Virus record (IMG/VR): IMGVR_UViG_3300017706_001340
Location: 23,770 to 87,769 of that record
Strand: one strand, 5' to 3'
Origin: a virus
DNA length: 64,000 bases
Position numbers and translations under genes: made by a program. The notes below the pieces were generated by a model, which worked only from the letters and a program-made list of their open reading frames with translations, made no database searches and was not told the origin of the DNA. Below are positions 1-10,668 of this stretch, in pieces; the stretch's first letter is position 1; each line of letters opens with the position of its first letter.

Positions 1-1
1 C

Positions 2-277
2 ATGTCAAATACATCAAAAGATGAGAATCTCATGCTAGAGCAGGCTTATATGAGAGTATATGAAGCTAGAATGTCTCAAATTGAGTCTGATGAGAGTGTG
101 GAGGAATCTACTGACGAGGAGCCTGAGAATGACAAGATGGCAGCAGCAGTAGCAGTACAGCAAACAGCTGATCAGGTTGAGGATGAAGGTGGAGAGATGA
201 CTCAGCAACTACAGAAGGCCAAGCAAGAGTCTGAAAAGTATGTAAGTAAGAAGATAAGTCAGTTCAAGAAGGACTAA
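2..277 (+). CDS. Acidic hypothetical protein, possible capsid-internal protein (at window edge)
   Basis: 91-aa ORF; N-terminal LEQAYMRVYEA resembles the motif shared by other late acidic proteins here. Confidence 0.55.
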   Translation: MSNTSKDENLMLEQAYMRVYEARMSQIESDESVEESTDEEPENDKMAAAVAVQQTADQVEDEGGEMTQQLQKAKQESEKYVSKKISQFKKD

Positions 278-1602
278 CGACTAAACTTCAGACTTCCTAG
301 TATTTGATTCACTGGTGCAAATATCCCGGTGAACTTATAGATCTTAGGTTTAGATTCACCGTCAGGTGTGTATGTAAACGTCAAACCTTCACTTGGAACG
401 ATAGTGTCTAAACCACCTAACTTATTTATCATCTTCAATTCATGTTGTAGTTTGTTCATCAACGTTAAATCACCAGTGGCTTCAATCTCTCTTGTGACTT
501 CTTCAATGCCTTGTCTTATCTCTTGTACAGCCTGTGAGGGATTCAATGTGAGAAGATTTGATATGTTGTTGTTCAACTCAACACCAAGCTTGAGAAACAA
601 CGCTTTGAGCGGTTCGATCATGTTATTGTAGTGTGTTTTGAGTTCCCCACTACGTTCTGTTGCACTTATCCATTGTAAAAATTCTTTGTTATCAACAATG
701 CCTTTAAGTTCCGGCAACCGGCTAAGTGCTACGGAATTGTAATCGCTAGGCCTTTTACCGGGTGTCAACATCTTGAATGCCCACCTATATGCGATACGTC
801 TCAACGTGTCTTGTTGAACATTGTAACCAAATTCACGCGCTCCATTCTGTATAACATTACTCATGTAACTAATCCAGTAGTCTCCTACGTTGTTGCTAGG
901 ATTTAGTTTATGCTCACCCATCAAACCACTCAGTATACCCATATACTCACCTATAGTTGTCTCAAAATTCTTAACTTCCGGTAACTTCATCAGCGGCATG
1001 CTCGTGATTGTGAACTTATCTTGTACGTGTTGGTTGATTTGCTCGATCATACCCGCCATCATGCGACCATATTCATTGAAATCACCATCTAAAGTGTTGC
1101 CATCCTCGTCATATTCTCGGAAGTTGTGTAAAACGATCAATTCATGGTTATAAGGTATGACATTCACTGTGGCTGGCCAGATTATCTCAATGTTGATCCA
1201 CCTCTTACCGTCCGCGAACAACAATTGCTTCTGTCGGTCGCTCAAAGCCATGATAGCCTTCTCTAGATCCTTGGCTGCAAACGTGAACGCTTCTTTCACG
1301 TTGTCATTTGGATGTTCTCTGAAGAATTCTGCAATACCTTTGGCTCCTTTTATAGCATTCTTACCAAAACCACGATAATGTCCTTTGTTACGAGCGAATA
1401 TCACGCGATTGGCACGATGACTCACTGCTAATGCTTGTCCATCGGTCTTTTCTTTGATCTCTCCTTTGATTCCACCGGTCAACGCTTGTTTGATGATGCG
1501 TTGCAGGTCTTCGAACTGTAAAGTGTAGTCTTCATGCACGTTCATCATATGGCCATATGCTCCACCTTCTTCTATCACTCTGTTGTATGTTTTAAAGTTC
1601 AT
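274..1602 (-). CDS. Putative covalent nucleotidyltransferase (RNA/DNA ligase-like fold)
   Basis: Motif I-like EKTDG, motif IV-like SEGLTF, motif V-like IYKFTG in the correct order; N-terminus MNFKTYNRVIEEGG. Confidence 0.55.
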   Translation of the reverse strand: MNFKTYNRVIEEGGAYGHMMNVHEDYTLQFEDLQRIIKQALTGGIKGEIKEKTDGQALAVSHRANRVIFARNKGHYRGFGKNAIKGAKGIAEFFREHPNDNVKEAFTFAAKDLEKAIMALSDRQKQLLFADGKRWINIEIIWPATVNVIPYNHELIVLHNFREYDEDGNTLDGDFNEYGRMMAGMIEQINQHVQDKFTITSMPLMKLPEVKNFETTIGEYMGILSGLMGEHKLNPSNNVGDYWISYMSNVIQNGAREFGYNVQQDTLRRIAYRWAFKMLTPGKRPSDYNSVALSRLPELKGIVDNKEFLQWISATERSGELKTHYNNMIEPLKALFLKLGVELNNNISNLLTLNPSQAVQEIRQGIEEVTREIEATGDLTLMNKLQHELKMINKLGGLDTIVPSEGLTFTYTPDGESKPKIYKFTGIFAPVNQILGSLKFSR

Positions 1603-1603
1603 A

Positions 1604-3127
1604 TTAATTGTTCAATTTAATTGTAAATCCACCGCGACCAGGCTCTCCTGCTTTTGCACCAGTGCTAGCACCAATACTGGCATTAGACATCATGAGAACA
1701 TTAAACGATTTGATTATATTATCACCATATTCACCGGTCATCATTATTGGATATGTATTAGTATAATTCTCACCGGGTACCTCACACATAGCCGCATAAT
1801 ACGCAAAACCCTCCCCGACAGCATAATCAGTGATCTGTATCGCACTTAATATACGTAGACCTATCTCTGTGATATGTGTTTGTTGTAATAAGTTATCATG
1901 AATAGCTGAACTCAGTATCTTCGATATTGCACCCTTCGCGTGTTTTGGTTTACTTGCCATCTTAGAGAGATCAGTAGCGAACGCATCTTGCATCTTTATA
2001 TCTGTTTTAAATTTTCCGAACCCATATTTTGATAGATATGATGAGACGAAGCCAGCACCACCGGTCGGCTTTGATGTACGTGCTCTTAGTGTCTGTTTTA
2101 TATGATTAAATTTTGTTATGATATCTTCTAGATAACCAGCTTTATTATCTACTGTTATTGCATCTATAATCTTCTTGTTATACACTGCCTTGCCACTCAG
2201 TTGTTTAGTTATTTTGTTAGCCATCTCTAGAATCTCATTATAGTCACAGCAATCAGATCGCTGTAATCGTTGATATATATCCTTCAGTGCTTTATGTACA
2301 TCCGGTCTGCTTATATAATATGGGTATATGACTGAAATATCTCGCATCACCGGTTCTTTTATCTCAAATATCTCATTCTGTCTTCTATTTTCATCAAAAT
2401 CATCAAAGCGCTTCATGGCGTATTGTTCGAACTTACTTGCTCTACCAACCACATCTCCCTTCCCGGGTCTGCCGGCAGCTCCCTTAAGCTCGATCTCTTC
2501 ACCAGAAGGTAACATCAAGTCACCCTTCTTCGGGTTAACAGCTTCAGTAAATAAAGTTATTAACACTTCTCCATTACCTACACCGACATTACCTTCAGTG
2601 AAATCACTCAACGTGACTAGTGATTTTATAAACTCTGCATTACCAATCATCGGCATTGTACTTCCAAACTGATTTACAAATTCATTTATAATATTGAATC
2701 TATCTCTCTTCACAAGTGATGTTAAAACCCTGAGATTCTTGCTCTCTTTTAACTCAATAAGCTCATTAACCTCACTGGTTATTCTATCCACGATACTTAT
2801 ATCGTTGAGATCATACATCGTATCTAACCTCTCAACTATTCCTGTAGGTATAGCCTTCCTTGCAGTAGCACTATCCCATCCACCAGACGCACACCACCTA
2901 CCAAACAACTCCGGTAATCTCAACTTAGCTTCATGCGCACCTAATGATAATGCTAAGTCATCTGACATTTTAAATTTTTGATCTTTTAATTTAGAATCAT
3001 CAAACTTTATTCCAATTGTAGCCTCGTTTATCACCTTATTATATAGGTCCTGTTCACGCTCTGGGTGAGTGTAATGATCTCCTCTTCTAATACCTTTGTA
3101 GATATCACCTATCTCCCTGTTACTCAT
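1604..3127 (-). CDS. Hypothetical protein with PD-(D/E)XK nuclease-like core
   Basis: VGNGEVLITLF...KGDLMLPSGEEIELKG gives the E...D...ExK spacing. Confidence 0.5.
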   Translation of the reverse strand: MSNREIGDIYKGIRRGDHYTHPEREQDLYNKVINEATIGIKFDDSKLKDQKFKMSDDLALSLGAHEAKLRLPELFGRWCASGGWDSATARKAIPTGIVERLDTMYDLNDISIVDRITSEVNELIELKESKNLRVLTSLVKRDRFNIINEFVNQFGSTMPMIGNAEFIKSLVTLSDFTEGNVGVGNGEVLITLFTEAVNPKKGDLMLPSGEEIELKGAAGRPGKGDVVGRASKFEQYAMKRFDDFDENRRQNEIFEIKEPVMRDISVIYPYYISRPDVHKALKDIYQRLQRSDCCDYNEILEMANKITKQLSGKAVYNKKIIDAITVDNKAGYLEDIITKFNHIKQTLRARTSKPTGGAGFVSSYLSKYGFGKFKTDIKMQDAFATDLSKMASKPKHAKGAISKILSSAIHDNLLQQTHITEIGLRILSAIQITDYAVGEGFAYYAAMCEVPGENYTNTYPIMMTGEYGDNIIKSFNVLMMSNASIGASTGAKAGEPGRGGFTIKLNN

Positions 3128-3474
3128 TACAAATCAGTATGTGGGTAGTTGTTGCGCACGATGCGACTCACAAGTTCTTGCATCTCTTCTAAATTTTCTG
3201 TATCAACTAACTTGGTCAATCTAGCATAGTCAACATCATCGATGTGTTTGGGAGCCATGATCAAAGCTTTTCTGATCATCTCCACATAATCCACCTTGAG
3301 TTTAGCTGTATCATCATCACCAGTATCGTCACTCGGTATGGCACTCTCTGGTGTCTCAGTATCTGGTGGTGGAGCAATTCCTTCCGCATCCGGTTCTGCA
3401 GGAGGTGGTGGTACTGCTTCTTCTTCGCTCAGTACACTCAATTTTTCTTCGATCATTGATAAAAATTTGTCCAT
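3127..3474 (-). CDS. Acidic Pro-rich hypothetical protein (late)
   Basis: 115-aa ORF; ATAAATA 5 nt upstream of ATG. Confidence 0.75.
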   Translation of the reverse strand: MDKFLSMIEEKLSVLSEEEAVPPPPAEPDAEGIAPPPDTETPESAIPSDDTGDDDTAKLKVDYVEMIRKALIMAPKHIDDVDYARLTKLVDTENLEEMQELVSRIVRNNYPHTDL

Positions 3475-3479
3475 AATAG

Positions 3480-3486
3480 TATTTAT
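3480..3486 (-). promoter_or_regulatory. T4-type late promoter
   Basis: ATAAATA 5 nt upstream of ATG 3474. Confidence 0.65.
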
Positions 3487-4115
3487 TGTGTGTTGTGTCT
3501 TTTAGCCCGAGACTTTTCTATGTCACCATATTTATTCATGTCATTACCATACAATTGCTTGTCTGTATCATCCATTCGACTCCATTGTGAAGCCACCCAT
3601 TGATCCCACTTGGCTTGATCACCAGTACCAGGTCTTCCTTGTTGTTGATTGACTGTCGTTTGTATTCCCATCTGACCTTTCTGGAAGCCTGGTTTGCTAG
3701 CTATCTGTTGTTCAGCGTGGTATCGTTGATAACCTTTGAGACCTTTCCAGTGTCTATATTTTGGGTCACTGTTTGCTTGTTGTTCCAACTCTTGATTCAC
3801 ATCTGACCACTGTGCTTGTTGAGCTGATGTCATCCGTTCCCATGAGCTCTTGATTCTCTTCTCAAGATCAATATCACCCTGATTTTTACCAACATCACCT
3901 AGATCTTGAACAACACCACCCACAGCACCAATCATGTCTCCACTCTTGGCTTTGTCCTTAAACGCCTTGCCAGCAGCAGCGAATTGATTCATACCACGCC
4001 CGATATTACCCATTATACCCTCTAGTATTTGATTGGTAGTGACTCGAGGAGCAGTTTCTTCTGGGAAATATTTTCCTTTCATCTCATGTAGTTTATTGAT
4101 GAACTTGTCAGTCAT
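3483..4115 (-). CDS. Gln/Gly-rich hypothetical protein (late)
   Basis: 210-aa ORF with two W.RM...Q motifs; TATAAATA upstream. Confidence 0.75.
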   Translation of the reverse strand: MTDKFINKLHEMKGKYFPEETAPRVTTNQILEGIMGNIGRGMNQFAAAGKAFKDKAKSGDMIGAVGGVVQDLGDVGKNQGDIDLEKRIKSSWERMTSAQQAQWSDVNQELEQQANSDPKYRHWKGLKGYQRYHAEQQIASKPGFQKGQMGIQTTVNQQQGRPGTGDQAKWDQWVASQWSRMDDTDKQLYGNDMNKYGDIEKSRAKRHNTQ

Positions 4116-4119
4116 ACTG

Positions 4120-4707
4120 TTATTTATATACCATACCCTTAATCTTCACACTATTAGTATAATGTTGATCAAGATATTTTAGTTTGTATTTTGACGTGAA
4201 TTTTTTAAATTTCTCCATGTTACATGGATGTATTCTTGTTTGTTTGATATCACATATCATCTCCGTATACTTGCCCTTGTTGTTATTATAATATTGTATG
4301 AATGTGTTGAATTTGACCGGAGCTACGAAAACACGTAGAGGTAGTATATTTTTTATTTGCTTCAGATAACGACTCATGAATTGTATGAACTCTGGTCTTG
4401 TGTCTCTCGTGGTACCCTTCCTTGTGCGTTGATTCTCACACTTCTTGAAGTCACACTTGATGTCCTTGTCGCTAAAATATGTCACAATCCTGTTGTCTGT
4501 GTTGATGGTAGACACTGTATCACATAATGTTTTAGTGATGTGATAGTAATATATCACCTTTGTGTCTTGAGACCTTATATTATAATCATTAAACTTGTCA
4601 TATGTATACAAATCTTGTACGATTTGCTTGTATGCATCATGAAACACATACTCAAAGTTTAGTAGATATAAATTATGATTGTTGAGCTCAACATGCCTTA
4701 GTTGCAT
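4120..4707 (-). CDS. Hypothetical protein
   Basis: 195-aa ORF tiling with neighbours; TTGCGC-17-GATAAT at 4741-4713, 5 nt before ATG. Confidence 0.7.
   Translation of the reverse strand: MQLRHVELNNHNLYLLNFEYVFHDAYKQIVQDLYTYDKFNDYNIRSQDTKVIYYYHITKTLCDTVSTINTDNRIVTYFSDKDIKCDFKKCENQRTRKGTTRDTRPEFIQFMSRYLKQIKNILPLRVFVAPVKFNTFIQYYNNNKGKYTEMICDIKQTRIHPCNMEKFKKFTSKYKLKYLDQHYTNSVKIKGMVYK
4121..4128 (-). promoter_or_regulatory. T4-type late promoter
   Basis: Exact TATAAATA 5 nt upstream of ATG 4115. Confidence 0.75.
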
Positions 4708-4723
4708 GACTAATTATCAACAA

Positions 4724-5221
4724 TTAACTACAAATGCGCAACAATACATCCTTATACTTCTCAAAGAACCCATCAAGTGATGTGATGACATTTATCTCCT
4801 TGTACACAAGGTAGTTAGCTCCATCCAATCTATTACAACTCTCAAACACACTTGTATTGAACGCCACGAATTTACCCTGGTTGTTGATTTTAAATATTAA
4901 AAACCAGACTTTTTCATCAGAGTAGGATTGCTCCAACCAACTGTCGAGCATCTTATTCTCAGTATAAAATTTACTGAAAGATATATCTTTATGTGCCTTG
5001 CATTCAATCTTCATCTCGTGCATCTCATCCGGTGGAATCAAGTCCCCTTCTAATAATAGTTTTTGTGAGTTTGACAACCGCGCTAACACATCAGCATTCA
5101 TCCCACCGGTCATAGCACCACTGGTTGGCACGCGAGTAAAATTTAATCCGAACACATCTGATAAGTGCTTTGCGGTGTCTCTTTCAAATGCATTTCCTTT
5201 GGCTTTTTGAGGTGATGGCAT
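4724..5221 (-). CDS. Holliday junction resolvase-like PD-(D/E)XK nuclease (Hjc/T5 D14-like)
   Basis: KGNAFERD, RVPTSGA, GDL, IECK motifs; GTAAATA 4 nt upstream. Confidence 0.75.
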   Translation of the reverse strand: MPSPQKAKGNAFERDTAKHLSDVFGLNFTRVPTSGAMTGGMNADVLARLSNSQKLLLEGDLIPPDEMHEMKIECKAHKDISFSKFYTENKMLDSWLEQSYSDEKVWFLIFKINNQGKFVAFNTSVFESCNRLDGANYLVYKEINVITSLDGFFEKYKDVLLRICS

Positions 5222-5228
5222 ACTGTAT

Positions 5229-5501
5229 TTACATACTTGTATCGAAAGGTCTACGTTGTGTTGGTATCAAAACATCTAAACTACCATCCTTTTTCTTGGT
5301 TTTTTTAGATTTACGCTTGTCTTTCTTACCACCTGTAGGTGTTCTCATGTCTCCAGGTGCATAAAAATCTGTGACTGGTGTGACAGCACCTCCATTACCC
5401 ATGCTCCCTGCATCACCAAACACACCACCAGCACCTGCTGAATTGTCTTCTGATATATGCTTCATGAAGCATGTTTTATAATAATTTGTTTGCTTTTCCA
5501 T
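5229..5501 (-). CDS. Small Gly/Lys-rich hypothetical protein (late)
   Basis: In-frame ATG 5501 downstream of ATAAATA at 5522-5516. Confidence 0.6.
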   Translation of the reverse strand: MEKQTNYYKTCFMKHISEDNSAGAGGVFGDAGSMGNGGAVTPVTDFYAPGDMRTPTGGKKDKRKSKKTKKKDGSLDVLIPTQRRPFDTSM

Positions 5502-5534
5502 TGAATGTATACTATTATTTATGGAGTCACTTGC

Positions 5535-5930
5535 ATGAAACAATTAGAAGAATATATTAAAGAGATGGGTAAAGATGTCGATCTCGATGAATTCAATTTA
5601 AAAGAGTCACAACTGAAGCTACCTGCTATCAAGCATAAATGGGTTGGTAGGTTGATCAGGCATAAGAACGAATTGGAGAGATACAATACAAATAGAGATA
5701 ACATGATCAAACAGATCGCTCAAGAAGTGATCGATCAAGCAACATATCAAGTAACACTATTAACTGCTCAGAAGGCGGCTGAAAAACACCCAAGTATCAA
5801 GCAAATAAACGACTCAATACGTGAGCAAAAATTGATAATAGAGTTCTTGGAGAAAGGTGAGAGAATTTTTGGTGGAATGGGATTCGATATTAAGAATATT
5901 ATAGAAATAATGAAGCTCGAGACACTATGA
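5535..5930 (+). CDS. uvsY: Recombination mediator UvsY
   Basis: Helical ~130 aa, C-terminal GFDIKNIIE, directly upstream of uvsW; GGAG before ATG. Confidence 0.8.
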   Translation: MKQLEEYIKEMGKDVDLDEFNLKESQLKLPAIKHKWVGRLIRHKNELERYNTNRDNMIKQIAQEVIDQATYQVTLLTAQKAAEKHPSIKQINDSIREQKLIIEFLEKGERIFGGMGFDIKNIIEIMKLETL

Positions 5931-7384
5931 CGAAATCTACAGTAACATTTGATTATGATGCGAGAAAAAGATTGGCTCTCATGTCGGGAGATCACTTCGA
6001 GGAGATACGAGAACACTTTTCAGTTCATAATGATGCTGCAAAGTTTGCTAGATACAAGAACAGGTTCATACCAAGCAGACGTTATGTTATAACACCTCAA
6101 GGTCGGTTCGAACCCGGACTCTATCACACCATCAAGCAGTATATCCGGGACAACACCGAAGGGTGTAAGATACATATCACTGATAGCTTACGTGAGATAG
6201 TCAACCCGGGATATGACAGAGTGTATCATGAATCCCGTGCCAAGCTGAGCCTGGACTTACGAGACTATCAACAGAGCATTGTGAGTGCTTGTTTGAAATA
6301 TGGTCGTGGTGTGACTATACTGGCAACCGCTGGAGGAAAAACGCTAACAATTGCTAGCTTAATACAGAGTGTTTATCAGAGCTGCAAGCAATTGAAGTGT
6401 TTAATTTTGGTCCCGGATCTCGGTCTTGTGAACCAAACTAGTAGTGACTTTCATGAGTATAGTACAACATTCCTTCACAGTAAGTGGACCGGTAGTGATA
6501 AATTAAACCTGGGTAGCAACGTAATAATTGCCAACATGGGAATTTTACAGAGTAGTAAATCTGAGACAGATTGGATCAAGGACATAGACATGCTGATAAT
6601 TGACGAAGTGCACAAATTACGTAAAGATAACAAGATAAACAAATTGATCAAGACTATTCGAACACCACATAAGTTTGGGTTTACTGGGACCATGCCTGAA
6701 CAGCAGCTCGATCAATGGAATATAATAGGTAAGATAGGCAAAATACTATATGAACGTAACAGTTATCAATTACGTGAACAGCAGTATGTAGCGAAGGCAC
6801 GAGTACAGGTTATAAAAATACTATACAATGAAAAACCACCGGTGTTCCCTGCTGATAGATTTGACCCTTCCGCACGATTTCGACGAGAGCAACAATTCAT
6901 CGCGAAAAATACATTCCGGAACAGTGTCATATCAAAACTGTCCGGGTCGTTTGATAACAATTGTTTGATAATGATAGATTATATTGAACATGGTGAAGAG
7001 TTGTACGGTATATTGCGTTCACAATGTCCTCAAAAGCAGGTGTTTTTCATCCGAGGTGACGTAGCAGTTGAAGAGCGAGACAAAGTTAAAAAATTAATGG
7101 AAAAAACAAGTGATGTGGTGTGTATTGCTATATCAAAAATATTTTCTACAGGAATTAACATCAAAAACCTCCATTATATTGTATTTGCAGGAGGTGGAAA
7201 GGCTAAGGTCAAAATAATACAGAGTATTGGTAGAGGTTTAAGGTTGCATAAGGATAAAAAAGGTGTTATAATTATAGACATAGCAGATATGTTACATTAC
7301 GGATCACAACACTATACAAAGAGACTTAGTTTATATAAAGGAGAGAAAATTGATTATGGTATCAAAAAAATCGAACAAAAGTAA
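5927..7384 (+). CDS. uvsW: SF2 DNA helicase UvsW
   Basis: LRDYQ, TAGGKT, DEVH, FTGT, QSIGRGLR. Confidence 0.93.
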   Translation: MTKSTVTFDYDARKRLALMSGDHFEEIREHFSVHNDAAKFARYKNRFIPSRRYVITPQGRFEPGLYHTIKQYIRDNTEGCKIHITDSLREIVNPGYDRVYHESRAKLSLDLRDYQQSIVSACLKYGRGVTILATAGGKTLTIASLIQSVYQSCKQLKCLILVPDLGLVNQTSSDFHEYSTTFLHSKWTGSDKLNLGSNVIIANMGILQSSKSETDWIKDIDMLIIDEVHKLRKDNKINKLIKTIRTPHKFGFTGTMPEQQLDQWNIIGKIGKILYERNSYQLREQQYVAKARVQVIKILYNEKPPVFPADRFDPSARFRREQQFIAKNTFRNSVISKLSGSFDNNCLIMIDYIEHGEELYGILRSQCPQKQVFFIRGDVAVEERDKVKKLMEKTSDVVCIAISKIFSTGINIKNLHYIVFAGGGKAKVKIIQSIGRGLRLHKDKKGVIIIDIADMLHYGSQHYTKRLSLYKGEKIDYGIKKIEQK

Positions 7385-7808
7385 AAAACCGAAAAAGCCG
7401 CATTACGTCAACTCGAAAGAGTTCACTGAAGATATAAAAGAGTACTACGGTAGTGGTGATGATGATATTGGTGAGAAACTTGGAGAAAGTATTTTTAAAA
7501 TAGCAAAGGGTTTGAGTTATGCACCTAATTTCATCAACTATTCATACAAAGATGATATGGTTGGAGATGCAATTGTTAAGATGTTCTCAGCTCTACAGAG
7601 TAAGAAGTTCAATCTCGAGACCGGTAACAATCCATTCTCTTACTTCACAACAATTGCTTTTCATGCTTTTATCAACAGAATCAAAAAAGAAAAGAAACAG
7701 AGACAGGTTGTGAGTGATTATCAAGAGATGGTATATGAGGAGCTTGCCAGTGAGTATCAAATAGGCAATCAGACTCAATCTAGTGATAGTATAGAGAATG
7801 GTTCTTAA
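7356..7808 (+). CDS. gp55: Late transcription sigma factor gp55
   Basis: HYVNSKEF, NFINYSYKDDMVGDA, NPFSYFTTIAFHAFINRIKKEKKQ; upstream of gp47/46. Confidence 0.92.
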   Translation: MVSKKSNKSKKPKKPHYVNSKEFTEDIKEYYGSGDDDIGEKLGESIFKIAKGLSYAPNFINYSYKDDMVGDAIVKMFSALQSKKFNLETGNNPFSYFTTIAFHAFINRIKKEKKQRQVVSDYQEMVYEELASEYQIGNQTQSSDSIENGS

Positions 7809-8853
7809 TTTAAGGAACCGTAAGGTTTGTTGCGTTTCTGATATACATGTTGGTGTACATCAAAATTCAGCAATGTGGCATGATATCTCTATAGAATGGG
7901 CTCGGTGGTTACGGGATGAGCTGAAGGAAAAGGGTGTACAGGATATCATCATACCAGGAGATTTGTTTCATTACAGAGATGAGATAGCGGTTAACACAAT
8001 CCATGTTGTCACGGAAATATTGAGAATATGGAAGCAGTTTAATATAGTGTTACTTGTAGGAAATCATGATGCATTTTACAAAGACAAATCAGATATAAAC
8101 TCTCTAAGTATACTGAGTGGATGGGATAATATAACAGTTGTTGAAACGCCAACATTATACGAGTATAAAACACGAAAGATAATGATTTGTCCATGGGGTA
8201 CGACAGTCAAACAAATAGATCCATGTGACATCATATTCGGTCATTTTGAGATACAATCATTCAAATTCAATCAACACAAGGTGTGTGAGGAAGGAATAAA
8301 AAGTGATACACTTTTAAAGCGCGCTCCATTAGTGATAACAGGGCATTTTCACTTGAGAGAAGAGCGTAAGTATAAGAATGGAACTATATTATATGTCGGT
8401 AATCCATACCAGATGGATTTTGGTGATGTGTACAGTAGTAAAGGTTATTATATTTTAGATATGATGACTGGAGAGTATGATTTTCATGAGAATAACATAT
8501 CACCAACACACCAAAAAATAAAACTATCTCAAATAGTTCAACATGAATCCTTATCATCTGAAGTGATTCAGATTTTCAATAATAATATTGTCAAGTTGAT
8601 TGTGGATCTCCCGGTGGCTCCAGATGATATGGATGTACTTCTCAAAAAATTTATACAACTCAACGCGATGAGCATAACCGTCGATTATGATATCAACTTT
8701 AATAAATTTGGCCTGGAAGATAGTGATGATCACGACTTGTCCGGAGTTGATATACCAATCGCGATTGAGGAATTCGTCAATTTGCTAGAAGATGTGCCTA
8801 ATAAGCAGCAAATAATTGAATACACAGTGGATTTATACAAAAGAAATAGATGA
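7798..8853 (+). CDS. gp47: Recombination endonuclease gp47 (Mre11/SbcD-like)
   Basis: Metallophosphoesterase motifs SDIH, GDLF, GNHD, GHFH. Confidence 0.92.
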   Translation: MVLNLRNRKVCCVSDIHVGVHQNSAMWHDISIEWARWLRDELKEKGVQDIIIPGDLFHYRDEIAVNTIHVVTEILRIWKQFNIVLLVGNHDAFYKDKSDINSLSILSGWDNITVVETPTLYEYKTRKIMICPWGTTVKQIDPCDIIFGHFEIQSFKFNQHKVCEEGIKSDTLLKRAPLVITGHFHLREERKYKNGTILYVGNPYQMDFGDVYSSKGYYILDMMTGEYDFHENNISPTHQKIKLSQIVQHESLSSEVIQIFNNNIVKLIVDLPVAPDDMDVLLKKFIQLNAMSITVDYDINFNKFGLEDSDDHDLSGVDIPIAIEEFVNLLEDVPNKQQIIEYTVDLYKRNR

Positions 8854-10664
8854 AATATGTTGATTTTAAGCGAGTTGAGATAAAAAACTTTTTGAGTGTT
8901 GGTGAGTCACCTGTTGTGATAGAGTTCAACAAGGGTTTGAACATCATAACAGGTAACAACAAAGATAAGCTCGACAGAAGAAATGGTGTTGGTAAGAGTA
9001 CTGTTGCTGACAGTGTGTATTTTGCTATTTTCGGTAGCACACTTAGAGAGTTGAAGAAAGATCACATTGTCAATAACATAACTCAACGAAATTGTTCAAT
9101 TGAGCTAGATTTCAATATAAACACAGATGGTGTTATTAGCGAATATAAGATATCACGCAGATTGAGCCCCACTAAGTGTAATTTGTATAAGGATGGTGAG
9201 GATATAACTCGTGACACCATACAGAATACCACTCAATATGTACAGGAGTTGTTAAACACTACACCTGAAGTGTTTCAGAACTGTGTGATCATGACTATAA
9301 ACAACACTGTACCGTTTATGGCCAAGAAAAAGCTTGAGAAACGGAAGTTTATCGAAGGTATCTTCAACTTACAGGTATTCAGCAACATGTTGACAGATGT
9401 AAGGGCAGAGTACAACAAGGTTAACAAGGATTTAGATATTGAGTGTGCTAGATATGAAGAAATATCAAACACACTGAGCAATCAGCAGAAGCAACAGTCA
9501 GATGCCGAGCAAGACATCATTCGTAACAAACAAAAACTGGTTCTCCGGAAAGCGAATTGTGAAAAGGATATAAAATCAATAGAATTGGAAATTGATGATG
9601 TATCGCCAATAAACACAGATGATATAACCGAGAAGATCAACAAGATAGACAGTATCATACCTAAAGCAGAAGCAAAGATGCAAGAATTGATAGGTACAGA
9701 GAGTAAACTATCTGCGATGGTTGAGGTTAACAAAACCAAACGATCAAAAATAAGTGATGAACACACAACATGCCCGACATGCTTACATAAACTTGATACT
9801 GAACATAAACATTTAATAAGGGAGGAAAAAGAACGTATAACAGATCAAATAGCAACATATCAAGAAGCTAGAGAGAAGGTGGCCGCTGAACTTAAAGAAT
9901 CAGTTGAGTTGAAGTCAAAGTTAACGACCGGGAGAAGAGAGTTAACAAGCAAATTACAACAAGCTCAGATCGAGAGACACAAACATAAGAATTTGAGAGA
10001 TCAACTTAGCAATCTACAATCTCAGATGAGTGATATTGATGATGATATCAAGTCAGTTGATAAAAATAGCGTGAGCTATGATAAAATGTTGAGTGACACA
10101 TCTGACCGGCTTGATAAGACACAAGTTGATATAGATCGAATAAAAACAGAACTAGCAAAGCTAGAGATAATTAAGTTTATTGTCAGTGAGGAGGGTGTCA
10201 AGTCGTATATCGTCAAGAAAATACTACAACTGTTCAATTCCAAGTTGGCGTATTATCTCAAGAGGATGGACAGTAACTGTATTTGTGTGTTCAATGAATA
10301 TTTTGAGGATGAAATTGTTGATGAAAAAGGCAAACCTTGCTCGTACTTCAACTTCAGTGGAGCTGAAAGAAAAAATATCGACCTGGCTTGCTTGTTCGCG
10401 TTTATGGACATAAGAAGATTGCAAGGTGATGTTGCGTTCAATTTCAGCATGTATGATGAGTTGTTTGATAGTAGTTTAGATGAACGAGGTGTAGAGCTCG
10501 TTATTGAGATTTTAAAGGAGCGAATAGATTCATTCAATGAATGTATCATGGTGATAAGTCACCGTAAAGAAAGTACCAAGCTGGCCACCGGTGAGGTTAT
10601 ATTTCTTGAGAAGCAAAACGGTGTGACGACACGAGTTGAAACACCAGAAAGTGAACTTAAATAA
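8850..10664 (+). CDS. gp46: Recombination ATPase gp46 (Rad50/SbcC-like)
   Basis: NGVGKST, coiled coil with CPTC hook, FSGAE signature, YDE, ISH. Confidence 0.95.
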   Translation: MKYVDFKRVEIKNFLSVGESPVVIEFNKGLNIITGNNKDKLDRRNGVGKSTVADSVYFAIFGSTLRELKKDHIVNNITQRNCSIELDFNINTDGVISEYKISRRLSPTKCNLYKDGEDITRDTIQNTTQYVQELLNTTPEVFQNCVIMTINNTVPFMAKKKLEKRKFIEGIFNLQVFSNMLTDVRAEYNKVNKDLDIECARYEEISNTLSNQQKQQSDAEQDIIRNKQKLVLRKANCEKDIKSIELEIDDVSPINTDDITEKINKIDSIIPKAEAKMQELIGTESKLSAMVEVNKTKRSKISDEHTTCPTCLHKLDTEHKHLIREEKERITDQIATYQEAREKVAAELKESVELKSKLTTGRRELTSKLQQAQIERHKHKNLRDQLSNLQSQMSDIDDDIKSVDKNSVSYDKMLSDTSDRLDKTQVDIDRIKTELAKLEIIKFIVSEEGVKSYIVKKILQLFNSKLAYYLKRMDSNCICVFNEYFEDEIVDEKGKPCSYFNFSGAERKNIDLACLFAFMDIRRLQGDVAFNFSMYDELFDSSLDERGVELVIEILKERIDSFNECIMVISHRKESTKLATGEVIFLEKQNGVTTRVETPESELK

Positions 10665-10668
10665 AAAT

